64,000 nucleotides of DNA from Lama glama. Its lineage: Eukaryota. Below are positions 1 to 12,788 of this stretch, piece after piece (the stretch's first letter is position 1; every line of letters starts with the position of its first letter). A model generated the notes under the pieces. That model saw only the letters and a program-made list of their open reading frames with translations, ran no database searches and had not been told where the DNA came from. The stretch spans positions 1,738,001-1,802,000 of the forward strand of contig CM052817.1 in assembly GCA_028534125.1 (NCBI GenBank). The letters run 5' to 3'. A program made the position numbers and the translations under genes.

Positions 1-211
1 GGGCCTGCCTCTGAGCGTCCACAGCACGCGACTGCCCTTTCCCACCCAGACTTTTAAGAACATCCAGGAACGTATTACGAGCGGAGAGGGAGCCCCTATC
101 ACTACAGACAGAAGTCTCTGGAACAGCCTTCCACGTGGCCCGAGGGAAAACCCTTCTGCCGGCCACTGGAGGCTAGAGGTGGACGACTGCACTAAACCAG
201 CCCCCTCTCAC

Positions 212-347
212 CACGTCCAGGCCCGGGAAGGCCGCCCGGCCAGTGGACTCTACTGTCGCTTCCATCTCGTGCATGGCGTCTCGGAGGACGAACTTCATGG
301 AGTCACTTGCAGAATCAGGAAACATCTGGCAGAGATTATATAAATGC
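212..347 (-). CDS. NOP14: NOP14 exon 11 (136 nt); gene continues beyond the left edge
   Basis: gaacag|(V)HLYNLCQMFPDSASDSMKFVLRDAMHEMEATVESTGRAAFPGLDV|gtgaga; exons 1-11 sum to 1635 nt, in frame, no stop. Confidence 0.94.
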
Positions 348-1254
348 CTGTTCATCAGAAACACCAGTCAGTCAGGGCTGAAGGTCTTCAGGTGACAAAA
401 ACAGAAAAAAACCCCAAACCTCCTACGTTGCCCACGTTCTGCGATGTCACCTGCCGACTGAGCCAGTAAGAACTGGGTCACTGGAGGAAACCACTTTCCT
501 GTCCTGGCAGCCGGCAGGCCCTCCAGTGGTGTTTTACAATAACCTATGCTCCCTTCTGCTGTTTCCCAAACCTCCGGTCATGACTTCTCGGGAGCAAAGG
601 TGGCAGGAGCTGTATTTTCAATGATAACAGCTCAGGAGGCACCCTCTGCACCAGTGGGGGCCACCAGGTCCAAGATGCTCTGCATGCGGACTCACTGGCC
701 CCCCACCAAGCGCTCCTGGAGGCCGAGAGCCCCACTGGGCCACCCGCTCTCACTGACCCTCCTGACTCAGACCTCTGCCCGCTGCACTCCCTCCAGCCCA
801 CACGAGGCCGGAGCCGCCTGTCAGGGGTTCTGCTGCGGTGAGGGTGCTGTACACGGCCCAGGCCTGGGGCGGGGGTGGGGGGAGAGCAGGGCGACCACCA
901 GATGCTGCCTGCGACGGGTTCCAAACCCCCCTCCCCCCGCCCCGGCAGAGCCTGAGGCTTCACTGGTGACGGAACAAGACAATTAGGCATCAGACACTAT
1001 GAACACGGCTGAAGGGGCCCGACTGTCTCAGAGTCACTCTGCAGTTAAAAACACGTCCCATTTCTGTGGTGATGCAAGACGTGTGTTAACACGACTGAAG
1101 AGTGGGGTGTCGGCACTGAAGTCACCGCAGCCATGCCTACTGTGGGCCTTGCTTCAAGGCCGACCTTAATAAATGCAGAATGTATTTTTACTAAACAGCA
1201 TAAAGTCTGTTCAGCTCGGCCCCACCTTCCAGACAACCCACCAGCTTCACTTAC

Positions 1255-1340
1255 ACGACCAACTTGTCAATTATGCCGAGGCCTGGGGGGTCCTCTGTAG
1301 CCAAATCGCCAATGTATTCCAAGAGGAAGCCGAACAGCTT
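1255..1340 (-). CDS. NOP14: NOP14 exon 10 (86 nt)
   Basis: acgcag|KLFGFLLEYIGDLATEDPPGLGIIDKLV(V)|gtaagt. Confidence 0.94.
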
Positions 1341-1861
1341 CTGCGTGGGAGCAGGGGTTGGAGAGAGTTCAGACCCAGGACTGAGCACACGAGGCGCTGC
1401 CCCCACGCCGCGACGGCAGGGCTGGGACAGGAGCCACCGCACCTCGTGGGCAGAGGCCCGCGGTCACTCACGGGAGCAGCTAAGAGCTCAGGGTCTGGGC
1501 GTGCCCTTTAGGCAGCAGCCACAACACCCAAGTCTAGAACACACCCAGCATGGCGCCTTGTCCAGTGGCCAGCCAGCATTTACTCAGAGAGGACGAGGCC
1601 CCTATTTCCCCAGAAGTCTGGCTTTGCTGCTTGACGGCCGAGTGAGGTGAGCTCACAGGGAAATGAGGGAACAGAGCTGGCCGCCCGGGCCTGCTGTGGG
1701 CCTTGGAGTGATGGCCGTCAGGGCCTGGCTCTCTGCTCATCCCGCCCCCTAGGCGTGGGATCACGCCGCGTGGTGGTGAGCGGGGGACGCACTTCGTCAC
1801 GCCAGCTTTGGCGGTAGGCGCTCAGGCCGGCCCCCCCCGCACCCCCGTACACACTGCGTAC

Positions 1862-1992
1862 TTCTAGCTTGGCTTTGTTTCCCACCGCGAGACTTGGGTG
1901 GCTGCATTTCTGAATTCTCTCCACAACCAGAAGCTGCTCTTCCACCGACTTTCCTGACAGTAAAGACTTCAGTTCCTCGTAGGATTCCGGAG
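1862..1992 (-). CDS. NOP14: NOP14 exon 9 (131 nt)
   Basis: tgacag|(A)PESYEELKSLLSGKSVEEQLLVVERIQKCSHPSLAVGNKAKLE|gtacgc. Confidence 0.95.
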
Positions 1993-2814
1993 CTGTCAAA
2001 AACGCAAAATACACTCCGCACTTAACACGTCAAACGGGAATCCTCACGTTCTGTAACAGAGATAAAAACTAAACATAAACTAAGTAACAGGATGTCTTCC
2101 ACTTCACCCAAAGAGACAATCCAACGTATTTTACGGAAACACTGATTTCACTTCCCACTGTAATCACCACAGATACTTCTCATGGCCAAGGTGAGGCCAG
2201 AGGGAATGGGGCTCCTGCTGGTGACTACGTTTCCGAGACACCTCAAAGAAGAAGTGCCCGCCCACCGTCCCTCCATCAGGAATCTGCTTCAATACCCAAC
2301 ACGTGGGGAGCAGAGGGCACGGCGTGCTGAAGGCCCAGACCGCTCGGAGCAGTGTCCCCGCCTGACACTCCCGTGGATCAAGGCCACGTCCACTGAAGCC
2401 AGCCTCCCCCACTGGTCGGACCTCTTTGGGAAGCACCTTAGGGCGCAGGACAATCTCAGACTGTACCCGGACGATGTGCATCTGCACACGGGGCAGCACG
2501 GCACGCTATGTTCTGTGTAAGACGTTGGAGGCCCAGCAGGAGTGGCCAGGTCTGAGCCCAGGACCGGTGCCTGCGCAGGTGACTGGCGCTCCTGCCCTGC
2601 AGCCGACCATGAGAACAGCGTGGAGGTACCCGGGGCCTGCAGAACTGCTGCCGCCGGGCGATGAGACTGACACCCTTGCCAGGGGGGATCCGTGGAAGAG
2701 GCTGACCACGCCTGTCTGCGGACAGGACCCACAGACTGCCCCCGCCTCACCCCCACAACAGTCGCAGCCCCTGGGGGGCGGGCCCCCAGGCCTCAGAAGT
2801 TGCGGCCCGCCCAC

Positions 2815-3091
2815 CTGCCAACGTGTAGGGCAGCTCCGTCCTGGCAGCCTCTCGCGCTCCTCCGTCATCAGCTATCGCTGTGTCCCCGGTGACCAGGCAT
2901 GCGTCCTCCTCTGCCCTCTCGCCACCATCCTCACTGCCCACGTCTGACTCCAGGTCCGAGTGGCCATCTGGGCCATCGCTCTCCTCTGGGTCCCCTTCCT
3001 CGCCCGAGCCTTCCTCCTCCTCCTCCTCCTCTGCACTCTCACTGGCACTGGCCTCCCCGCCCGGCTCTTCCTCGATGTTCATCTTTCCGTC
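2815..3091 (-). CDS. NOP14: NOP14 exon 8 (277 nt), acidic low-complexity region
   Basis: ttcccag|DGKMNIEEEPGGEASASESAEEEEEEEGSGEEGDPEESDGPDGHSDLESD...AARTELPYTLA|gtgggc; contains a GAG (poly-Glu) run. Confidence 0.93.
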
Positions 3092-3939
3092 CTGGGAATA
3101 GAAGGGGAAACCAGAAGCATCACTGCCCGGGGGCAGCAGCACGTGACACATCTAGTGCTGTGCACACACAGGTGCTTTTTCTCACTTGTTTGCAAGGGAC
3201 ATAAACTATGTGCTGCATGTCCAACGGCCCTGGGCCTCTTGCCCACCCTCTTCGACGCAGCTGTGAGCCACAGGGGCTCACAGCCTGGGAACCACATTTC
3301 CCAAATCCCTGCTGCCAGGGGCCTGGGCAAGGTCTCGTTTCTGCCAGGGAGCAGCGGGGTCCAGGGTGTCGATGGCGCGCCAGCGGCCACGGCCCCAGCA
3401 GCAGGGGGGCTCTGCAGCACCACCACTGGTCGTGGGGACACCTGGCTCAGCAGGGTTGCAGGCACAGGGGTGACCCAGTTGACCCCGACCGTCTCCCCCA
3501 GGTAACTCAGTGTTTTGCGAGCACCCAGCACCCTGCCCTGGACCCTTTTCTGCTTGAGACGCCTGACCTCCCCATCTTCCTGCCCTGAGTCCTGATCGAC
3601 ACGCTCTCACAGTGGACACGGGTCCAGACCTTGCAGGGCTCAGGAACGAAAACCTGCACCAGTCTTAGAAACACAACTGTTTTCCTCAAAAGTGGCTTCC
3701 TCCTGGATCACACTCGGCGACCAAGTCTCGTGTGCCCCGCGTTCTCCAGAGTAGGTGGGGAGGACTGGTGACACAGCCTGCTCTGCCACACCGTGAACAC
3801 CCAAATAAAGAGCCCCGGAGAAGCCGTTTTTAAACAGACTTACAATGTGCATCTCGGGTAAGTCTGTTAAATGAAACACCAGGAAACACATTCTTCTAAG
3901 TTAACAGAGGAAACTAGGAAGCGAAGGCAAGTCCCTCAC

Positions 3940-4071
3940 TTTGTAAGAGAGCACACGCCGGTCATCTTTGTCCAGTATGAAGCCGTCACTCAGGTCGTCC
4001 GCTGACACATGTTTTGGGTTCTTGGTATGCTCATCCTCATCCTTTCCAAGCATTCTTCGGAGCCGTTCGGC
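3940..4071 (-). CDS. NOP14: NOP14 exon 7 (132 nt)
   Basis: gctcag|AERLRRMLGKDEDEHTKNPKHVSADDLSDGFILDKDDRRVLSYK|gtgagg. Confidence 0.95.
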
Positions 4072-4665
4072 CTGAGCAGGAGAGAGGAAAGTCGTCAGCT
4101 GTGCGGGTGCACACGTGCCTCCGAGGCACGCCCCGCTGGCCGTCAGGGCGAGTCAACAGGCCTCCTGCTTTCAGTCTTCAGTCAAACCCTCGGTAAGCAT
4201 CCCATGGATAAAAATAAACACTGTGGCAGAAATAGTTCTAGTCACAAGGCAGCGAAACCCATTACTCTGAGGTCTTTCTGGGCAAATCATGCCAGCCAGC
4301 CATGAACGTCACACGCCACCACTCTCCAGGGACAAGAGAGGAGCAGGGCCCCTTACCCTGAGGTCGGCGTGCGACTAGACCAGGAGCTCAACTACTTCTA
4401 CCACCTGAGAGCAGGTGGCAGACGCAGGAGGAAGCCACGATGCGGCATACTGAAAAGCCCAGATGCAGGACACTAGGTCTCTATCTCATTTTTGTTTCAT
4501 AATGTAATAAAATTTTTAAAACCCTTCAGAGACAGAAAAAAGGTGAGACGGCACATAGCGCTAGCAGTTGTTCTGAGGTACAGAGATTAGGGGAAAAAGT
4601 CCATTTTTCCTTTGTTATGTTGGATATTAGCTGCATTTTTTGGGGTTTTATAGTAATATATTTAT

Positions 4666-4684
4666 ACACACACACACACACACA
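4666..4684. repeat. (CA)n microsatellite
   Basis: acacacacacacacacaca in NOP14 intron 6. Confidence 0.85.
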
Positions 4685-4825
4685 GTGAAACAAACATAAA
4701 CTTACACAGGCTAAAAAGATCCCACTGATGAAGCGCAGGACTCCTTCAGCCCACCTCACCCAGCGAGGCGGAGGGGCCCTGAAGGAGGGCCGCGCAGCCC
4801 CCCGGACAGCTGCCCCGCCCCGTAC

Positions 4826-4948
4826 CTCCAGGCGTCTGAGCCGCGCCTGCGCCTCCTCGGCCAGCTCCTCCTTGGTTTTCATCCTGTTGGAGGGCTGTGC
4901 TTTCATTTCAAAGCCAAGCTCCCGAACCATCACGTCATATGCATCAGG
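4826..4948 (-). CDS. NOP14: NOP14 exon 6 (123 nt)
   Basis: gccctag|PDAYDVMVRELGFEMKAQPSNRMKTKEELAEEAQARLRRLE|gtacgg. Confidence 0.95.
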
Positions 4949-5705
4949 CTAGGGCAGAAAGAAGGTATGTTTCTTTCTCAGCATTTCTTAAGGACAAGGT
5001 CTGCGTAACTGCCTTCGTGCCCCTTCCAGTGACGGCCGGACACCCCCACGGAAGACGTAAAATGCACCCTAAGTCCCTTCTCCCTGGGGAGCGGGCCGCT
5101 CTAACCAGTCCTGGGGACACTTTTAGGTCATGTATGACTTTTTGCTCCCAGAAAATTCTTCTCAGAATAAATCTGCTTTAACAAAACTAAACATTGCTCA
5201 TTTAGGTGTTAAGCCCCCCCAAATGGGATTCTGTGTAAAGGTGGCAGCAACAGGATGGGGGACGCGTACAGATGTGCAGACGGCTGCAGGGCACAGGAAT
5301 CTGGTGACGTCCGAGGGCTTCCTGGAAACCCGGCCCCCAAACGAATGCAGCTTTCCCAGCAATTCAGACTAAAACCAATGTGGCAGGAACCAAATACTGT
5401 TTGGGGGGAAAAATAACTAAGTGTGCGGCCGATACACAGAGGTGTAAGAGGAGAGCTCAGACACCATCTGAAGGCCCCCCGCGCCCTCCCGGAACTCTCT
5501 CTCATGCCAAGAAACAGCCATCTTCTTTGCTCTCACGCCTCTGGAGCAGATACCGGGGGAACTTGCAGTCTGTTTCCACCCGGTCATAACACGTATCAGG
5601 CAGCTCAACGTGAAGTTTACCAGAACTAAGAGAAACGGAGGACAGACGCAGGGGCCCCCTTTGCTGCAGGGAAAGGCCGCGCCCAGCTTGGACTTGCTGC
5701 CCCAC

Positions 5706-5840
5706 CTGGGGTTTCTCCTTCCCGCCTCTGCCCTCTGGCTTGGGCGTTTTGCGTGCCAGGAGAGCCTGGATTTCCTTCCAGTCTTGGTCGAGCTTCTCTG
5801 TGAGTTCGAGGGCATCTTCCCGTTGAGCCTGTCTCTCCCT
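5706..5840 (-). CDS. NOP14: NOP14 exon 5 (135 nt)
   Basis: ttccctag|RERQAQREDALELTEKLDQDWKEIQALLARKTPKPEGRGGKEKPQ|gtgggg. Confidence 0.94.
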
Positions 5841-6353
5841 CTAGGGAAAAAGGACAGCACACACCCATTACTGCTGGACCCCAGCTGAGTGGCCAGGCCA
5901 CACTCGACACCGCTCAGTTCCACCTAACAGGCCGACAGGGAGAGGAGCCACGAGAAATGAGCATCTCAGAGACAAGGCTACAGAATCCCAGGACGCAGAA
6001 CAAACTTCCTGCTGCAAAACAACCCCCATCCCAGATGCTCTGAGCAGTTCTCTGTTAGCAAAAAACAGTGATGTCCTGCGAATCTTGGTACATGTCATAA
6101 TAGCAAAACCACAAAACAAAACCAAACCACCCTCAAAACAAAAAACCACACCCCAAACCACAAGAAACCATCAGAAGTATATGCTCGATGGAATTTAAAA
6201 TGCCTTTTTATTCCTATTCAAACGGGATGCTTTCATTTAATTCATAGAAGATATTAAATACAGCCTGAAAATGCACCGGGAGAAAAAGCTCAAAACCGTC
6301 TCAGTGAGCGTGTGCCGACGGCGGCGCAGCACCGAGAGCAGGAACTGACGCAC

Positions 6354-6496
6354 CTTCTCCTGCTTTGACTTTGCGATGAGCTCCTCAATCAGTTCTTTGC
6401 GTGACTTCGGTTTTTCTCCCTCCTCGCCTTGCTGCTGAGAGGTCTTCTTATAAAGGAGCCCATCCCCGCCTCCAAAATGGGCCGCGGTCAACTCAG
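6354..6496 (-). CDS. NOP14: NOP14 exon 4 (143 nt)
   Basis: ctccag|(A)ELTAAHFGGGDGLLYKKTSQQQGEEGEKPKSRKELIEELIAKSKQEK|gtgcgt; frame continuous with exon 3. Confidence 0.95.
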
Positions 6497-8169
6497 CTGG
6501 AGACAGAGCAGAAGGCACCTCGTGAAGCCCCTGCCCGCATTTCTCCAAACACAGCCCTGAGGACTGACGCCGCGCCCACCGCCCGTGTGAGACCACAGCC
6601 ACAGGGGCATGTAAGAATCACCCGACGAGCCACTCCGAGAAAACCAGAGACAGACAAAGAACAACTGGCCGTGACCCACACAACCGGAAACACCAAGAAC
6701 CTGCCTTTTTGTCGCCTTCGAATCTCCTGAAAGACAAGCAACAAAATAAGTTGGACTCTGAGTCTCGAGGCGGGAGCCCAGGGCCAGGGCCGCTCAGGCC
6801 CACCTGTGCCGGGCAGAAGGCCCCGAGGGCGGGGGCCGGGGGAGCAGCTGGCCGCTGATTCCTAGCTCTGCCTGAGTTGCCAGGGGAGAGAGAAGTAAAA
6901 CACCATGGGATTTATTGATTTTGTAATAGAAAGAAAGCTTAGAAAATCCAGTTTCTTGGCTGAGAAAACAGAGGCTTAGATGTTAAGCAATTTACCCAAA
7001 ATCTTACCCCAGTAACAGAATGTTCTAGGTGGTGTCTGTGGCTCCAGCCTCCAGCACTCAGACCCTGACGGCCCACAGCCGCAGCCCTGGCCGAGCCCCG
7101 CTCCTGCGCTGCAACACCCCCACCCCCGGCTCTGACCCTGCTTCCTGCCACAGCAGCGCAGGTGAAGGCATGGAGGAAGGCAGGCAGGCAGCAGGTTATT
7201 TCGGGTGGCTGGCTCCAGGTGGGCTGCTGAGGCCGCCAGTCAGTTGCACCGTGTCCCTGTCCACTCGCCCCGCCTGGACGTGCTCAGCCCTGCAGCGCCT
7301 CTGCTGCCCAGGCCTGGCACCCAACAGCAGCTCTGGGCCTGGTCCTGTGCCGCCCCCAGCTCCGGCAGAGCTGGCCCAGGCCCACCTTGCCCTCCCACCC
7401 CAGCCACTGGAGGGCACTCTACCGCCTGGCCTCTTTCTACTGCATCTTGCCCCCCACCTCGTTTCTCTCAGGTTAATGGACACACTCTCCCAACCCACCC
7501 CTCAACCCCTTCTCCCCCTTGTGCACAGTAAAACCCTCCCACAGAGCTCCTCTGTCTTCAGTCTCTCGGTCTCTTCCTTTCACTCCACTCTGGCTTCTGG
7601 GCTCTCCTCTGAATGGACGTTGACCTCATTCAAGGCCGACTCCCCCCCCTCCTGTCCTCAGCAGCCTGGGCTGAAGCTCTGCTCGGGGCCTCACCACAGC
7701 TCCCAACCCCCCTTTCCCTCCTGCTCCTAAGGCTGCAGCTCTGGGGACTCAGCCTTCCACAGCCCTGTGGACACCTCCCTTTGGCTGGTTAACGGGCACC
7801 CAAACTCCCTGGGACCCGTTTATGGCAATCCCATCTCTCCAGCTGCTTGGGTCAAATCCCCAGGGGTCACCCGGCCTCTTCAGGGAGCCCTCTCGGTGCC
7901 GCCCCACCAGACTACGTCCTCCCACACTCAGATCCCTCCAGTGGCTCCTGAGCAGAAGGCAGACACTCTCTTGGGTCCTAGGGCACCCTGGCCGTCCACC
8001 TGTTGCCATCGCCCTTGCCGGCCTCCTGGCTGGTCCCAGGCACATGCCCACCTCAGGCCTGGGACCTCAGTGAGGCCTCTGGGAGCCTGCACGGCCACTA
8101 CCTTTTTGGTGATGCTTATCAGGACCATCTGATGGCACGTCCCAGACCTCCCCCTGCTTTGCTTTTACC

Positions 8170-8340
8170 CATGGCCCGTCTGCTTTTGACTAGTCTGCGT
8201 GACTTAGTGATGTATTTTGTTTTTGTCTGGGTTTCCCCAGAAAACGTGAGCTGTAGGTAGATTTTATTCACTGCTATTTCCTCAGAACCAAGAGCAGTGC
8301 CTGGCACATAAACCAATTATTTGCTGAATCAATCAATGAT
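8170..8340 (+). mobile_element. L2 LINE 3' end
   Basis: ttttattcactgctatttcctcagaaccaagagcagtgcctggcacata...tatttgctgaatcaatcaatga. Confidence 0.65.
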
Positions 8341-8435
8341 TCTTCTGCTTCCTGGAGTGTGTTCCAGGTCTCTGAGAAGGGCAGGCAGAATGTGCAATGG
8401 CGGGCAGAGGGTGCCTCGCCACCCCCCGTCCTTAC

Positions 8436-8577
8436 CAGACAGCGCTCCGCGGTCCTCAGCGTCACTGTCGCTATCGACAATGTCATTGTGCTTTTCGATG
8501 TCAGCCAGGGACTGGCCATAGTGAGTTAGTTCTTCATCCTCATTTAGGTTGTAGATGCTTTTTTTTTCATGTTGTCG
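8436..8577 (-). CDS. NOP14: NOP14 exon 3 (142 nt)
   Basis: tgtcag|RQHEKKSIYNLNEDEELTHYGQSLADIEKHNDIVDSDSDAEDRGALS|gtaagg. Confidence 0.95.
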
Positions 8578-9085
8578 CTGACAGAACAGGAAAAAAAAAA
8601 TCAGTGTCCTATCATTTCCATATCCATTTAACATAAAAAAACAGTGATTTTTCCAATTTTGTGCAACATGATAATGTTAAGGTTATTCTGGGCCATTTGA
8701 GCAAAGATTCTAATAGAAACAGAACCCATAGATGGTAAATAAATCAGCAGGCCTGTCTCGGGCACTGGGAAATCATGCAGCTCTGCCCACCAGGACTGCA
8801 CTGAGATCCACGACCAAGGTGGAGGCAGCAGCTGAGTCTGGAACTCCAGGGCACATCGCTGCCGTGAACTCTGCTTAAGAAATTTACCCACCCAGCTGGT
8901 ATGTGCAGAAGGCGGTTTCCTCTCTGGCCCAGCCAGACTAGGTACAGGATTCAAGACCCACCCACTGAGCTTGGTGGGCAAGGGCCCAAGAGAGTATAAA
9001 TGAACAAGGGGGAAACTGCCTTCTCCCTGTGCTTGACTTACGTGTAAAACTACAGCAAAAGACCCTCACCCAGTGTTTTCCATAC

Positions 9086-9220
9086 CTGCTGTTCCAAAGC
9101 AAACCTCTTCAGCATCTTTTCCTCTGGGCTTATGTCGCTACTGTACTCGCCAAAGCGTTTATCTTTAAACACATTGGACTTGTCCCTTTCTTTGTACTCC
9201 TTTAGTAAAGTCTGGGTGCG
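9086..9220 (-). CDS. NOP14: NOP14 exon 2 (135 nt)
   Basis: ttttcag|RTQTLLKEYKERDKSNVFKDKRFGEYSSDISPEEKMLKRFALEQQ|gtatgg; phase 0/0. Confidence 0.95.
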
Positions 9221-9752
9221 CTGAAAAACAGATCATAGAACAGTCTCTCAAGGGCCCAGGCAACTCTGAGCTCTGATGGCTTGGCAATCAGTCCTCGAAG
9301 GGGAGATGCTTCCAGCGACGGCTCTAATGAATTGGAAGATGCCGTTCTATATGTATGCCTCAGGACACGGAAATCGAACAGTCCCCAAAGTGCTGTTCTA
9401 CTGGCTGGAAAGACTCATCTCAATTACAGAGGGGAAACAGCAAACAGGACTATGTCTGGAACCCAGGGGACTCTCTGGGGCATGCGTTAGTGTTTCCACA
9501 CCTGACGCCAGAGGGTGAAGAGAAACAACGGCAACCAAGATAAAACAGAACCATTAAGGACCCAGAGGTCATTCCATCAGGTACAGAAGCCCGAGGAGCT
9601 GAGGTTCTAGCTGAGAGGAAGGGACGCATGGAACAAGGAGCTGAAAGGAAGCCGTTTATGTCGCAGGGACGTCGCGCTCAGTCACAGACACAGAGACGCA
9701 GCCGCACTGCTTGCGGTCTCTGGTCGTTACGCACGTGCATCTATTTGTATAC

Positions 9753-9870
9753 ACAGTCAGTATTTTTTATTTGCAGATGTGGAATCTGCAAATCTGTCTA
9801 CTGCTAAAATCCATCGGTGACCCCAAGCCAGCACGCGCAGCACTCTCCGTCACTCCGGACGTGTGCAGGT
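9753..9870 (+). mobile_element. Tigger4-like DNA transposon 5' fragment
   Basis: cagtc...atttgcagatgtggaatctgcaaatctgtctactgctaaaat...ccccaa...ggacgtgtgcag resembles the Tigger4 5' end. Confidence 0.55.
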
Positions 9871-10089
9871 GCCTGGGAGGTGCAGGCAGGAGCGAGGGCA
9901 CTGACTCCCACCAGCTCCACCACTTCCCAGCACGGACTCTGGGAAGCAATTCGTGGACTCACCTGTGAAGGGGAGACAATGGTAGCTCCTCCTACCTCAG
10001 GCTGTTAAGGAGATCAGGAGGGTTAAGAGGAGAACACAGTTCAGGACAGAGCCGGGCACAGGGCGGCTACAGTGTGAGCACTGTGCACT

Positions 10090-10245
10090 CGAGTCTGGGT
10101 TTGGGCCACAGCTCCGTCACTTCAGACCGGAAGAAAGTTACAGTACTGCTCCCTGTCTCAGTTTCCTCATGTGCAAGATGGGGATAGTACTTGTCCCCTC
10201 GAAAGCCTGACTGTGAGGTTTAAATGTAAAATTCTTAACACAATG
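10090..10245 (+). mobile_element. MIR SINE
   Basis: ctgtctcagtttcctcatgtgcaagatggggatagtac core. Confidence 0.65.
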
Positions 10246-11509
10246 CCTGTCCCATTTTACGGGATCAATCTATCAACTACTGTTGTTTTACAAAGTGCAT
10301 TAGAAATGAGGAAACTGAGGCACAGTGTGACGTGACGGTGCTGGGAGTGGCACCAGCAGTCTCAACACAAAGCCTAATCTCACTGCACACGAAGGGCTGC
10401 CCCAAAGCGCTCCCACCGCTCCCTGCACAAAAGGGAAGGCCGCAGCCTACCCGGCCAGCCCGCATGCCCTACACGTGTCAACGCACCCTGCCTTCCCCCA
10501 ACAGCTCTGGGCTCTCCAACCCCACACCCCCCAACTCCGTCCACCACGGGGCACCGTGCCTCCGTCCCCACCTGAGAACACCCTGCTCACCCTTCCGCTC
10601 AAGTGTGACTCCCTCTGGGGAGACTTTTCCAAGGTTTCTATTACACCTTCTTCCGACTGAGCCCCCGGAGCACTCAGGGTCTACTGCTGATTCTTCCCAA
10701 TACTTGAGTCTCTATTGTGGGCCAAGCACTGGGGACTCAGCGGAAGCAGCTACACCTCCTTCAGGCCCTCTGCAGAGAGCAGGGAGGTGGGCCGGTCCGA
10801 TACACGGGCAGGAGCAACCTGTCCTCTGAGCTGTGGGGTTTGGAAAAGTTATCAGAAGTGGTGACTTGAGCTGGCCCTTGAGAGATGTGTGTGGTAAGAC
10901 AGGTCTTCCTGGACAAACCGAGTTGCATGAGGCAGAGCCAGGGACCAGACTGAGGGAGCCTAAGGACAAGCTGAGAAGTTTAAGACTAACAGCTAGTACT
11001 CAGAGAAAACTGACTTGCGTGCTAAACGGCTATTTTATTTAACTCTTACAACCACCACGAGGAGGAGAATGTGTATTATCGTCCTCACTTCAGGAACGAG
11101 GAAACTGAGGCTTCAGTGGTGAAGACAAACATGTCTATTCCAGAGCCCCCGCCGTCCCCACTCCCCTTGCCTGCCTGGCGGTGTGCAGTCAGGGACACGT
11201 CAGAGTCAACTGCAAATCTGTCTTGTCTGCTACTGCTGCCAGCTCCTTGCAATAAGGATGATATCTGATTCCATTAAAAGATCAGGTGAACTGTACGCTG
11301 TGTGACAGAATACAGATCACGCGCCCTTGAAGGCAGGGCCAAGTCTTAATTCACTTTACCTCTCCACTTCTAGAACTGAGCTTGAACATAAGTGTTCTGC
11401 AGAGCACAGTCTTCACAAATGTTCAAACCCAGTGCAAGCCCCAGCCCTTACCAGTTGTGCGCCCTTAGAAAATTTACTTGTCCTTTCTGTGCCTTAATTT
11501 TTTCACCAG

Positions 11510-12034
11510 AGGCAGAAAGCCCCATAAAAAGACCGGCAGGACCCCCAGGCAGGGCCACTACTCTCCTGCCAGCACCATCTGGTTCCCTGGCCCAGAGGCT
11601 CTATCTCACTTTTTGCCTCTAAAATGGCTTACTTACCCCTAAAATTCTATTGGTTCCCTGAGCTCACTTCTGATTGGTTATTTCCTTCACTCCTGATTGG
11701 TCCACTTCCCTCACTTCTGATTGGTCCATTTGTAGTACTTCATTTGCATGGAACTCATTCCTGATTGGTTATTTCTCTCATTCCTGATTGGTCTATTTCT
11801 ACAAAGCTTGTTCCTAGTTGGTCAACTTCAGTTATACTTTATTTGCATATGATGTTACAAAGTGTAAAACTGGCAACCTATAAAGGCCTGTGTAAACCTA
11901 CAGACGGGGTCCAGAGCTTGGAGCGTTAACTCCTCTGGTCCAGCTGGCGTAATAAATCTGAGTTCTCCAACTCTCTTGAGTGCTGCTTGGTGTCTCGCCT
12001 GGATCCAGGTTGCTGTTACAACTGAGCTGTAACA
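11510..12034 (+). mobile_element. Solo ERV-type LTR in NOP14 intron 1 (5' boundary uncertain)
   Basis: U3-like ~23-24 bp tandem units each with ATTGG, TATAAA 11879, AATAAA 11951, terminal TGTAACA ending 12034. Confidence 0.8.
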
Positions 12035-12788
12035 CATTTTTCCATAACACAGCAACCTACTAATGTCTGTTTTTCAGAAAAACGCTGAATTTTGTCAAAC
12101 TAACTAATGAGCACATCTCAGAAGCTGCGTACAGAATGCTACCTGAACTGAATTTGAAAGTACAGAATATCCTGGGACCATAAACACAGATAAGGTGAAA
12201 GCTGAGATTTTCCACAAAGGGAGCATTTCAGTTACCTTGCAAGGAACATGGTTCTCTTCTTTAAACATACAGTGAGCATCCCATGTAATCCCCTCTCCGG
12301 TGCAGAGAGAGATCTGGGGTCCCTAAACCAGTGGAGCTCTGTCTCAAAAGAGGACAGCTTACAAGAGGTAGGTACAGGACCATGGCATCAGGAAGTGATG
12401 ATCTCTACCTGAGGGAGCTGGAAAAGGAGCCCAAGGAAACACACGTGTGCTGGGTCTCCAAGGAGGGGCAGGCGTTTTCCAGGGGAACGTCGTCCCAGCG
12501 CACGCAAAACCAGAAGCACGAAAGTAAAAACTGTTGAACTGACACGATACACACGACATACGACGTCTAACTGGGCCAGGCACTGTCTGGAGGGCTCCAA
12601 GCAGCAGCCCTCAGATGCAGGGACTACCATCGTCTCAGATTTGCAGACGAGGAAACTGAGACGCGGAGAAGGAAGCGCGCAGCGTGGCCCACATCCCTGC
12701 GGTCCGGCCCGCGAGACTGCGCCGCGGGCGGCCGGGGCCCGGGGGTTAGGGCCGGGCGCCCACCGCGGCCGGACGGCGGCCCGCTTAC

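Noticed and set aside
7029..7730. 233-aa plus-strand ORF in NOP14 intron 3
   Set aside because: Non-ATG start, Pro/Ser-rich, overlaps decayed L2-like sequence, no recognisable homology
1..9000. NOP14-AS1-type antisense lncRNA known at the human locus
   Set aside because: No sequence signal lets me place exons; needs transcript data
11645..11800. Regularly spaced repeats resembling a CRISPR array
   Set aside because: Degenerate ~23-bp tandem units without unique spacers, inside an LTR in mammalian DNA; no cas genes
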